Of a stretch of DNA of 64,000 nucleotides, positions 30,358 through 38,739 are shown one piece after another (position 1 is the stretch's first letter; every line of letters begins with the position of its first letter). Source of the stretch: an uncultured Desulfatitalea sp. (GTDB taxonomy: Bacteria; Desulfobacterota; Desulfobacteria; Desulfobacterales; Desulfosarcinaceae); NCBI GenBank assembly GCA_963668675.2, contig CAXXMB010000002.1, forward strand, positions 2,848,001 through 2,912,000. Direction: 5' to 3'. The translations under genes were made by a program, and so were the position numbers. A model generated the notes under the pieces. It had not been told where the DNA came from. It saw only the letters and a program-made list of their open reading frames with translations, and did no database searches.

Positions 30358-30510
30358 CGGGCCTATCTATCAACCTAATGTTTAGCAAATGCGACGTCCT
30401 GAATACCCCATTTTTTCGTTCTACGAAGATGAGGGCCTTAACGCCACAGGATTAACAGAATCAATATATCTATTTCCGGTATTGGTTGCATTACTACTTT
30501 TTCTTTGCCA
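30358..30510 (-). mobile_element. Relic right end of a second, diverged IS1595-family element
   Basis: The reverse complement aligns with the right end of the 33532-37079 element (TIR CGGGCCTATCTA; GKEKVVMQP vs GKEKTVMKP; RRTKKWGIQDVAFAK). Confidence 0.85.
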
Positions 30511-30556
30511 TTGTATTCTCCTTTTTGTCGTTGCAGATTTGTGAAAAAAGAAAGCC

Positions 30557-31189
30557 TCAGATGTTTCCGGCACTATAGTCCGGCCCATTCTTCAACCAAA
30601 CTGCCAGCACCATGCCCAGCATGGCAAGGCATTCCATGTCCAGGTAGGAATCAGCATGTTTTTCGAACAAGATCGAACAGTCTGCGGGAAATTCATCATC
30701 CTTGTCATTGAATAACATGAGAAGTTTCAGCCTCGGAAGGGCCGGGAACTGAATGGCCAGATCGCAGCTGAACGGAGCATCGCTGGGAATGCCACCCAGT
30801 TCGTCGCATGCTTGTTCCATATCGTTCAGACGGCCTGAGAAGGTATTGCTGATGGGCATTTCCGCGGTGTTCCGGAAACCGCCCGCGAAAGGCGCCGCAT
30901 CTTTGTAACTGTGATATTTTATCCATTCCGTACTGGTTGACGGTTCCTCTTTGGGACATAACAGAAGGTACTTGCATAGAATAACGCTGACAGCATGGAT
31001 CGGCCGCCGGCCCTGATCATTCGTTACCCCTTTACCCGAAACACGATGGGGGATCCCGAAAAAAGGGATTACCGCTGTGTCCTCATCGACTACGATGCCG
31101 AGGCGGCTGCTGACGGAGTTTAAATCGATTGCAGACACATCGGAGATGTAGTTCTTATAAATTTCATCAAACACTGGTGCTTGCTTCAT
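30557..31189 (-). CDS. DUF3786-like domain protein
   Basis: IPFFG, VILCKYLL, FPALPRL and DKDDEFPADCSILF...YLDMECLA. Confidence 0.75.
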   Translation of the reverse strand: MKQAPVFDEIYKNYISDVSAIDLNSVSSRLGIVVDEDTAVIPFFGIPHRVSGKGVTNDQGRRPIHAVSVILCKYLLLCPKEEPSTSTEWIKYHSYKDAAPFAGGFRNTAEMPISNTFSGRLNDMEQACDELGGIPSDAPFSCDLAIQFPALPRLKLLMLFNDKDDEFPADCSILFEKHADSYLDMECLAMLGMVLAVWLKNGPDYSAGNI

Positions 31190-31201
31190 AGTGCCTCCGT
31201 G

Positions 31202-31567
31202 TCACCAAAGTCGCCAAAGGATCTTGTTTCCCTTTTTCTCGCCCCGTACCTTTTCCATGTGCCGAAGCATGGCGAATTCGCGCTCCAGCTCTTTGATCTG
31301 CAGGTCAGAACCCAATTCGCCGAGTAGTTGTCTGGGTTCCATGGGGCCCTTTTCTTCCAGAAGCGTCAACATCTGCGATTGAATAGGCGTTAGAGAGTGA
31401 TTTTCCCCAGCGCTTTTTTCGAAATTCTTGGCACTGTGGACTGACCATGGGTCGCAGGTTTTCAACGGCGAACGCACAATCATACAACAATCCTCGCAAA
31501 GCGTTTCTCCACAATATTCATGTTCATCTCCAGGCGTAATGTCCTGTTTGCATAGATCACACTTCAT
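31202..31567 (-). CDS. Conserved hypothetical protein: Cys-rich Zn-binding N-terminus plus winged-helix-like C-terminus
   Basis: CDLC...CEDCC...CDPWSVHSA and LEREFAMLRHME. GGAGG RBS; overlaps the upstream gene. Confidence 0.75.
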   Translation of the reverse strand: MKCDLCKQDITPGDEHEYCGETLCEDCCMIVRSPLKTCDPWSVHSAKNFEKSAGENHSLTPIQSQMLTLLEEKGPMEPRQLLGELGSDLQIKELEREFAMLRHMEKVRGEKKGNKILWRLW

Positions 31568-31898
31568 TTTGACCTCCAGGGTGGGCGTTACTCAACTCGT
31601 CCATCAAGTATAAAGCGCAGTAAGCCGCAGTGGGACCTCCGCCGATCAAGATCGCCACGCCGGCGGCCTCCAGAATTTCATTACGGCTGGCACCCAATTG
31701 CAGGGCTCCTTTGACCTGTTCTCGAATGCATGGTTCACAGCGCAGCGCTGCGGTTACCGCAACCATCATGAGCTTTTTAGTTTTCGCATCCAGCACGCCG
31801 TCAGCTGTAGCTGTCGACTGCAATTCTCGGAATGCTCCCATTACATCGGGCAGTTCTCTTTCCAAGGTTTCCAGGGCTTCTTTCAATTCTGGTTTCAT
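31557..31898 (-). CDS. Carboxymuconolactone decarboxylase / AhpD-like protein
   Basis: DGVLDAKTKKLM, CEPC (CxxC) and GASRNEILEA...GGGP. The ATG at 31898 follows AGGGAG. Confidence 0.88.
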   Translation of the reverse strand: MKPELKEALETLERELPDVMGAFRELQSTATADGVLDAKTKKLMMVAVTAALRCEPCIREQVKGALQLGASRNEILEAAGVAILIGGGPTAAYCALYLMDELSNAHPGGQNEV

Positions 31899-31992
31899 AT
31901 GAGACTCCCTTAAATAAAACGGACCACTATGATTCGCATTGGTGCGATGGCCTTCGTGGTCCATGGCTATAAATATGCTACGCTATCGAAGA

Positions 31993-32517
31993 CTAATTGT
32001 GGTGGATCAAAAGGAATTCGGCCGCTACGAGAATATTGAATTGGTGCTCCTGCAATGCCTTGAACCGAATTGCCTTGCCCGGTCCCAATTCATACACTTG
32101 CTCGGCTATTGTCACGCTTATTTTTCCTGAAAGCACCATACATACTTCAGCGGTATTTTCATGCCGCTCCGGCTCCCAAATTTTCTGAGCACCTTTTTCT
32201 GCCTTAACGTGGTAAATCTCAAAGCCGGGGAACCATGTGTGGGAAACGTTGATCCCTTTTCTCTTGAATGTGTCCAAGGTGCCTTGCTCGCATTGGGCGA
32301 CCTCGGCGAGACGTATCAAATCGCTCGAAGACAAGTTAAAAACAAGGCTCAAGGACTCAATCGTGTCCAATGTGGGGTTACCACCTCCGCCTTCGATCTT
32401 CATGATCGTCGCTCTCGTCAAACCGGCCTTCTTGGCCAGTTGGTCGGCGGTTAGGCCCCACTTTAGACGAAGGGTGCGGACAACCGAGAAATCGAATCGT
32501 GACAAATTAGCCATCAA
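31993..32517 (-). CDS. XRE-family transcriptional regulator with a C-terminal cupin domain
   Basis: HTH LTADQLAKKAGLTRATIMKIEGGGGNPTLDT; cupin H...EVCMVLSG...LGPG...H. Confidence 0.88.
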   Translation of the reverse strand: MMANLSRFDFSVVRTLRLKWGLTADQLAKKAGLTRATIMKIEGGGGNPTLDTIESLSLVFNLSSSDLIRLAEVAQCEQGTLDTFKRKGINVSHTWFPGFEIYHVKAEKGAQKIWEPERHENTAEVCMVLSGKISVTIAEQVYELGPGKAIRFKALQEHQFNILVAAEFLLIHHN

Positions 32518-32703
32518 CCATTCCAGTCTATATGTTAATTTTAATAGTCATTTTGTATGATATAAGTCAATGCCTATATGACCGTTTAACATTGGAGGGG
32601 CCATTTTTTAGCACAAAGGTATATTCTGATATGCTCGTTTCGGCTTAACGTATGCCCTACCGTGCTATTGCATCGCGAAAAGCTAAAACCCCAAAGGAGA
32701 TCC

Positions 32704-32850
32704 ATGAATCCTCGTATAAAAATCAAATCCCCAACTTAGATCGTATTGGAGGATAGATTAAAGATATCGAGAAGATGATAGAAGACCAACGCCATTGTGT
32801 GGATATTCTAACCCGGCTAAAAGCAGTTCAGGCGGCCATCTACAAAGTGA
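32704..32850 (+). pseudogene. CsoR/RcnR-family metal-sensing repressor, decayed
   Basis: AAGGAG RBS and ATG, a frameshift, then LDRIGG*IKDIEKMIEDQRHCVDILTRLKAVQAA (TAG at 32754-32756). The C-terminus is missing. Confidence 0.8.
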
Positions 32851-32885
32851 AATCTGTTTCTATCTGTTCTCGCTTAATGCATAAC

Positions 32886-33167
32886 CTATCCATTATTATC
32901 CACCCGCCGCTTCAGCTCCGTTCCCACTTTGAAAAACGGCAGCTTTTTCGATTTCACCTCAACGGGTTCGCCAGTCTTTGGATTGCGGGCCACATAAGGC
33001 TTATATTTCTTGACGTATATGCTGCACAGTCCACGGATTTCAACTCGATCAACATTTGCAAGAGCTTTGGCCATAGAATCGAAAAAGATGTTGAAACATT
33101 TGGTGGCTTCAGCTTTTGTGAGGTTTTGAGACTCTTTCAGAGCTTCGATCAATTCAAGTTTGTTCAT
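32886..33167 (-). CDS. ihfB: Integration host factor beta / HU-family DNA-binding protein, copy 2
   Basis: MNKLELIE, DRVEIRG, ARNPKTG and KLPFFKVGTELK. Closely similar to the 23462 copy. Confidence 0.88.
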   Translation of the reverse strand: MNKLELIEALKESQNLTKAEATKCFNIFFDSMAKALANVDRVEIRGLCSIYVKKYKPYVARNPKTGEPVEVKSKKLPFFKVGTELKRRVDNNG

Positions 33168-33207
33168 TGTTTCTCCCGATAAGGATTTGAATTTAAATAA
33201 TATCTAA

Positions 33208-33303
33208 TGGTCAAAATTAACAGTTTACATCGAAGCCGGGCATTTAAAACCGGACAACAACTCTGCCGAAAATGTTATCTACCCATTCGTTGTGGGAAGA
33301 AAT
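33208..33303 (+). pseudogene. IS66 TnpC fragment
   Basis: Translates WSKLTVYIEAGHLKPDNNSAENVIYPFVVGRN, versus WSKLAVYIEDGRYKPDNNAAENAIRPFVLGRKN in the intact TnpC at 34561. Confidence 0.85.
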
Positions 33304-33432
33304 TATGTAGATTTGTCGATTATGCAGACTTAGCCAATAGCGCCAATTCAGATTCTTAAATCAAGCTAAGCAAATTCAAATAGTTATTAAATATCGAGAT
33401 GATGCTGTTGGCAAGCTTTTTTCCCACATAAT
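33302..33432. repeat. Putative RIT-type terminal binding repeats
   Basis: Direct repeats ATTATGTAGA (33302) and ATTATGCAGA (33319), plus an inverted CCCACATAAT (33423-33432) abutting the recombinase stop codon. Confidence 0.55.
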
Positions 33433-34560
33433 CACAACAAGTCAAGAAACGTCAGTGCATCATTTGATGTATAAAACGCACTACATTTGCATGATACGTG
33501 GCCATTTTTCTCAAAGCCATTTATTTCATTTCGGGCCTATCTACTAAAGTAAGGCCGTTGTGACCGTATCTGTCACAGTGATGCGTTAAGATCTCCTCAA
33601 AAACCAAAATTGAGGAGGTCACATGAACATCGAGCAATTAAATATCCAGTTTTCAAATGAGGCCATTTGTCGTGATTTTTTCGAAGCAGCCAGATGGCCC
33701 AATGGGCGTATTTGCCCACATTGTTCTTTTATTATTTCGTACAAGATCAATATTAGCGGCCCTATCCAGGATCGATACGAATGCAAGCGGTGCAAAAAAC
33801 AATTTACCGTCACAACCAAGACGGCCCTTCACAGTACCAAATTGCCGCTTCGCAAATGGATACTGGCCATGTATTTGATCGTCAGTTCAAGCAAAGAGAT
33901 CTCCTCGGTGATCCTGGCGCGGTTAATTGGCGTAAGGCAACCCACAGCTTGGCGAATAGGCCATGCGATCCGGCAGATGATGGACCCGAGTCGCTCCGAT
34001 GCAGGCTTGCTGCAAGGCATTGGCGAACTGGATGAACAATATGTCGGTGATACTCCACAACCCAAGAAAGGCGTCGTTCACAAACGCGGCAAAGGCACCT
34101 CCAAACAGTGAGTGATGATTGCCGTCGAGCGCCATGGTCCCGTGCGGGCCGTTCCTGTTGCAAACGAAAAGGCCGATACGTTGAAGCCGATCATTAACCG
34201 TTTAGTCGATAATAGCGCCCATCTAATGAGCGATGAGCACAGGTCCTGTCTTCATATCGGTCGACAGTATTCAGCCCATTCACATGTGACTCATTCCAAG
34301 GGCGAGTATAGCCGGGGTCAAGTGCACTGTAATACGGCTGAGTCGCTTTCATCCATTGTTCAAAGAGCTCGTATCGGTGTATTTCATTACCTTAGCAAAA
34401 GTTATCTGTTCCGGCATCTCAATGAATTTAGCTTTCGCTGGGACCATCGTGTTCCGGTAACAACTCTGACAACTGCTGGAAAAGAGAAAACGGTAATGAA
34501 ACCAATTCTGGTCAAAGATATGCTGTTTCTTTGTAAGCGTCAAAGGAAGTACACCTGCAC

Positions 34561-36150
34561 CTATGCGCGGGATGAGCTGATCAGTTCAGTATCTATGTTC
34601 TGTGGAAGCAGGTCGCGGTAACCATCTTGATCTTTGACAAGCGGAAGATTTTCAAACAGACAGCGAAGGTATGAGTATGGCTCCAACCCATTGGCCTTGG
34701 CGGTTTCAATCAGGGCAAAGAACGTTGCGGCGGCATCAGCCCCATTGGGAGCACCGGCAAACAGCCAATTCTTCCTTCCTAGAACAAACGGGCGGATGGC
34801 ATTTTCGGCAGCGTTGTTGTCAGGTTTATAACGCCCATCTTCGATATACACAGCCAGCTTGGACCAGTTGCGGAGGCTATAGTTGATGGCGATGCCCAAA
34901 AGCCCTTTCGGAGGTGTTAACGGCTGCGTCTTTTCCAGCCACTTTTCAAACGCATCCAGGATCGGCTTGGCTTTCTCCTGGCGAAGGGCATGGATCTGCT
35001 CCGGTGACATCTGCTGATCCCGAGCGAGCCTTTCAACTTTGTACAATAGGCCGATGTGCTCCAACGCCTCATCTGCCAGGGTTTGGGTATCGGCCCGGTT
35101 GCCCCGGTTTTTTTTGCGGGCCTTGATCACCTCGGTAAATTTGCGACGGGCATGCGCCCAGCACCCCATGTGTACGATGCCGGTCTTTTTGCCCAGGTAA
35201 TCATAGCCGTCATAATCGTCGCTTTGGATCGTGCCTTTGTAATCATCCAAAAACGTCAAGGCTACTTTACCGCTGCGGGTGGGATGATACCGGTACAACA
35301 CGCTCGGGTGATCGTATCGCCCACCGCAAAAGACCCACATGTAAGATTTGCTGGTGTTGTTCCGGCCGGGCTCTTTTAAGACCTGAAGCGGCGTTTCGTC
35401 CATCTGGATCAAGGGACCTTCGCGGATTTCATGCTCGATCAGTTCGATCAAGGGACTGCACCGCCGGGCCGCCTGCACCAGCCAATTGGCCATGGTGGCA
35501 CGCGACAGATCGACACCCAAACGGGCAAACATCTTTTGCTGACGGTAAAGCGGCAGGGCGTCGGCAAACTTGGACACGACGATGTGCGCCAAAAGCCCTT
35601 CGGTGGCATTCGACTTTTCGATCAGCTGTACCGGGGCCGGCGCGATCTTTACCGTGGGGCCTTCATCTTCGACGCCCTCGCAGCCTTTGCAGGCATATTT
35701 GTACCGGACGTGGCGAAGCACCCTGATCTTGGCCGGGATGTAGTCGAGCTTTTCGCAGGTTTCCTGGCCGATACGGCTCAGCTTTGCCCCGCAGGCGCAC
35801 ACCTTTTGCTCTTCGGGCAGATCGTGGATGACCTCGACGCGCGGCAGATCCTCGGGCAACGGTTTGCGACCGCGCTTGCGCCGCTTGTGGGCAGGGACAA
35901 CGATCTGCTGTGTTGCCGGTTCTGGATCGGGCGTATCGTCCAGTTGACCAAAAATCGGCATCTGGCGATCATCGCCCTGGCGGCGTTGTTCACTCTTTCG
36001 GCCAAACAGCTCGTTTTGCAATAAGCGGATGCGCTCTTCCAGGTAATGGATCTTTTCCTGGTACTTTTGATCGATGGCTTCGATCAAAGAAGCAATGTCT
36101 TGCTTGGATAAGCGAACATCATCAGGCAGGCTGGACAGATCCGATTTCAT
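34561..36150 (-). CDS. tnpC: IS66 transposase TnpC
   Basis: LFGRKSE, CACG...CKGC, LPLYRQ, MDETP, QSDDY, CWAHARRKF and DNNAAENAIR. Confidence 0.95.
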   Translation of the reverse strand: MKSDLSSLPDDVRLSKQDIASLIEAIDQKYQEKIHYLEERIRLLQNELFGRKSEQRRQGDDRQMPIFGQLDDTPDPEPATQQIVVPAHKRRKRGRKPLPEDLPRVEVIHDLPEEQKVCACGAKLSRIGQETCEKLDYIPAKIRVLRHVRYKYACKGCEGVEDEGPTVKIAPAPVQLIEKSNATEGLLAHIVVSKFADALPLYRQQKMFARLGVDLSRATMANWLVQAARRCSPLIELIEHEIREGPLIQMDETPLQVLKEPGRNNTSKSYMWVFCGGRYDHPSVLYRYHPTRSGKVALTFLDDYKGTIQSDDYDGYDYLGKKTGIVHMGCWAHARRKFTEVIKARKKNRGNRADTQTLADEALEHIGLLYKVERLARDQQMSPEQIHALRQEKAKPILDAFEKWLEKTQPLTPPKGLLGIAINYSLRNWSKLAVYIEDGRYKPDNNAAENAIRPFVLGRKNWLFAGAPNGADAAATFFALIETAKANGLEPYSYLRCLFENLPLVKDQDGYRDLLPQNIDTELISSSRA

Positions 36151-36214
36151 GCCTGCGTGTATAGCATAACCGGCCGTTATTTTAAAGGGAATTTCTTAAA
36201 AAGAAGTAAAATAT

Positions 36215-36562
36215 TTATGCTACTGCAGAGTAGTATAATCGTTCGTGGGCACTAGTAAAGTCCAGGCCCGCCAGAAGCCAGTTCAACTGTTTAGTGCCGA
36301 TGGTCACCACCTCGTCAACTGACGTCGGCCATTTAAAGCGATGCTTTTCAAGACGCTTGTGCCACAGACAAAAACCGTTGTGGGCCCAGTACAGGATCTT
36401 GATGATGGTGCGCGCCCGGTTGCAAAACACGAACAGATCCCCTGAAAAGGGGTTTAACGACATGTCCTGCTCGACCATGATCGAAAGCCCGTTGATGGCC
36501 TTTCTCATATCGGTGTGCCCGACGGCGAGAAAGACGCGCTGAGTTTTTAGCGGCAGCATCAT
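36215..36562 (-). CDS. tnpB: IS66 accessory protein TnpB
   Basis: TDMRKAINGL, FVFCNR, KILYW and KRLEKHRFKWP. Its start overlaps the tnpA stop (ATGA). Confidence 0.93.
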   Translation of the reverse strand: MMLPLKTQRVFLAVGHTDMRKAINGLSIMVEQDMSLNPFSGDLFVFCNRARTIIKILYWAHNGFCLWHKRLEKHRFKWPTSVDEVVTIGTKQLNWLLAGLDFTSAHERLYYSAVA

Positions 36563-36891
36563 AGCACCTTGATCGTTGCGATGAGTTGTCGCAGCACATG
36601 CGGATCGAAGTTGCCGGGGACATCGATACAAAACCCGTTGGGGGTGTGCAACTTCAATGTTGCCTGATGAACCGGCACGGGAAGATGGGATGCCACTTTC
36701 AGCGGTACGAATGAGATGCTCTGCTCGGTTTTTGACAAGCGGTTTTTCCAGTAGCTCATCTGGTATTGCTTGATCCCGTGCTCCTGGCAATAGGCTGCTT
36801 GCTTCAAACCACTTTGTTGCCAGGCGTTAATGTGGTGTTGCCAATACTTGCGCTTTTGTTTGCGAGTTTCGTTCGAACTGGTGGTGCTCAT
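36559..36891 (-). CDS. tnpA: IS66 accessory protein TnpA
   Basis: WQHHINAWQQSGLKQAAYCQEHGI...YWK and FVPL. Confidence 0.9.
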   Translation of the reverse strand: MSTTSSNETRKQKRKYWQHHINAWQQSGLKQAAYCQEHGIKQYQMSYWKNRLSKTEQSISFVPLKVASHLPVPVHQATLKLHTPNGFCIDVPGNFDPHVLRQLIATIKVL

Positions 36892-37430
36892 CTGTGCGCC
36901 TCCTTATCGGAAATTTTGGCGCACTATGGCATGGCTGCTATCGTTTGAGAAGATGGGGTTAATTGAACCCTTACGTTTCTTTTAATCATGAGATGTTCCG
37001 GCCCCCATCTGCGAAGAACTAAAAAATGGGGCATACAGGACGTCGCGTTTGCTAAACCTTAGTTTGGTAGATAGGCTCGTTTCATTTTAATATCCGCCTG
37101 CATGTAGTGATGAGTGGTGGTAATATTTTTATGACCCAACCATAGTGCTATGATTGATATGTACACGCCTGATTGCAGGAAATGCATGGCCGTTGTGTGA
37201 CGAATTGTATGAGGAGACATTTTTTGTGTTTAAGCGAAAGGCATCGACGATTGGCTTTTGTGACAACCATTTGCAATTGTTTCCCCACGCCAGACCTTGT
37301 CATTGGTCGACCGAAACGGTTATCCTCATAGCCTTCTGAATACGGTTTGCTTTAGATTTGTGGATCGATATTGAGTGTATTGCTCCGAATGGCGGTTTAA
37401 TTATTTTTAGAAAGCTTTTTACGAAATTAG

Positions 37431-37462
37431 TTGACAATTAAAAATAGCCAACGTATGTTCTC
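37431..37462 (+). promoter_or_regulatory. Sigma-70 promoter of tetR overlapped by a putative operator
   Basis: TTGACA-N17-TATGTT. CCAACGTATGTTCTC (37448-37462) covers the -10 box. Confidence 0.65.
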
Positions 37463-37544
37463 TAATTATGAACATCCCTAATTTAGAATCCGTTTATCGC
37501 CTTTGTCGTTGGGAACCAAATTTTGAGGACGAATAGCATAACAA

Positions 37545-38192
37545 GTGACTTATAAGGAAATTAAAGTGGTTACGGAGAAAACCTATTCTAAGGTCAAAAA
37601 TGAAGTATTAGTGTCGGAAAAACGTGCAAGAATTGTTGATGCTGCTAGTAAATTATTTTCACAAAAAGGATATCATAGGACAACTATGAGAAATATTTCG
37701 GAGGAATCCGGAATAGAGCTATCATATTTATACAAATTTATTTCAAGTAAGGATGATATATTATTTTTGTTCCATGAATATGTTCATAGTAAATATTCTC
37801 CTCTATATAAAATGATAGAGTCTTCGGAAGGGGAAGACCCAGTCGTATTAATGAAAAATATCTTGGTCCTGATACTCAGGATCCTACGTCAAATACCATC
37901 TGAAATACTTACAATGTATTCAGAAAGCCGCCACCTTGAAAAAGATTCATTAAAAGTAGTACTTCAAAAAGAAACTCAAATGATAAAAATAATTGAAGGC
38001 TTAATAAAACGAGGAGTCGAGTGTGGTAAATTCAAGGTTAATGAATCTTTCCTTGCAGCTAATATTATACAGTATTTAATTACAATCGAGTGCATCCGTG
38101 GGTGGAGTTTTAAAAAAAATAACACCTCAAAATCAATTGAGGATTCAGTAATAAACTTTATCATGGCCGGCCTCGGATCTATTGAAAAATAG
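37545..38192 (+). CDS. TetR/AcrR-family transcriptional regulator
   Basis: IVDAASKLFSQKGYHRTTMRNISEESGI...LYKFISSKDDIL. Confidence 0.92.
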   Translation: MTYKEIKVVTEKTYSKVKNEVLVSEKRARIVDAASKLFSQKGYHRTTMRNISEESGIELSYLYKFISSKDDILFLFHEYVHSKYSPLYKMIESSEGEDPVVLMKNILVLILRILRQIPSEILTMYSESRHLEKDSLKVVLQKETQMIKIIEGLIKRGVECGKFKVNESFLAANIIQYLITIECIRGWSFKKNNTSKSIEDSVINFIMAGLGSIEK

Positions 38193-38571
38193 TGTTGAAC
38201 AGAGAACCGAACTTACCATCGAATCAAAAAAGGCATGTGTCCGTATGGCCAGAATGGTTTTTGCATCAGAATTAGCTTAATTGAACATGAGATTCGATAC
38301 CTTTTTACCTGATGCGATATCATTCAAAATGATGGAATCTTATTGGTAAGGTGACACTTGATGCAGAAAAAGTAGTCAAGTTAGTTACCATTAACTGATC
38401 CAAAAGACGAATTTGGTAACTGAAGTTTTGTAAATGCAAGTGCTTATTTGTCCCAATCTTGAAAGAACAACTGTAGCGGAAATCGTCATCGACGGTACTC
38501 CTTATTAATCTTGCTATAGTCTCTAATATCATTTTTAAAGTTTATGTTTTGTAAATAAAGATTATTTTAGT

Positions 38572-38586
38572 GAGAACATACGTTGG
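38572..38586 (-). promoter_or_regulatory. Second copy of the putative TetR operator, upstream of the thiolase
   Basis: GAGAACATACGTTGG is the exact reverse complement of 37448-37462. Confidence 0.65.
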
Positions 38587-38739
38587 TTTTTTCGATATGG
38601 TAGCTCATCGGCCCACAAGTTTGGTAATGTTGCTTTGATATATATATCCTTAAGCAGTTCACTGCATGACTTTTTACGGATATTAAATCATAATAATTAA
38701 AAGACAAGTAGTATTCTTGTCAAAAAAAGGAGCTTTTTA

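Larger units (their letters stand above)
34533..36974 (-). mobile_element. IS66-family insertion sequence (intact)
   Basis: Ends GTAAGCGTC... and ...GAACCCTTAC. 8-bp TSD GTTTCTTT at 34525-34532 and 36975-36982. Carries tnpA-tnpB-tnpC. Confidence 0.95.
33623..37062 (+). pseudogene. IS1595 transposase (in-frame TGA at 34109-34111; 3' end split by IS66)
   Basis: Zn ribbon RWPNGRICPHC...YECKRC, ELDEQYVG, LMSDE, HCNTAES and LNEFSFRWD. With IS66 removed the frame ends ...DVAFAKP* at 37062. Confidence 0.88.
33532..37079 (+). mobile_element. IS1595-family element, interrupted by IS66
   Basis: TIRs CGGGCCTATCTACTAAAGTAAGG / CCTTAGTTTGGTAGATAGGCTCG. 8-bp TSD TTTCATTT at 33524-33531 and 37080-37087. 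Confidence 0.93.
33432..37321 (-). pseudogene. Tyrosine recombinase (RitC-like) C-terminal relic, split by IS1595 (pieces 37080-37321 and 33432-33531)
   Basis: NRFGRPMTRSGV..., a frameshift, then SPHTIRHTTAMHFLQSGVYISIIALWLGHKNITTTHHYMQADIKMK. It continues left of the IS as *MALRK...DALTFLDLL*. Confidence 0.85.

Noticed and set aside
32775..33182. 135-aa ORF
   Set aside because: It is a chimera of the csoR relic and the antisense strand of ihfB copy 2.
34109..34111. In-frame TGA in the IS1595 transposase as selenocysteine or programmed readthrough
   Set aside because: No convincing SECIS hairpin was identified, the same gene is also broken by IS66, and nearby relics carry ordinary nonsense mutations.
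30358..37079. Composite transposon bounded by two IS1595 right ends
   Set aside because: There is no matching target duplication, and the right-hand IS has its own TSD pair.
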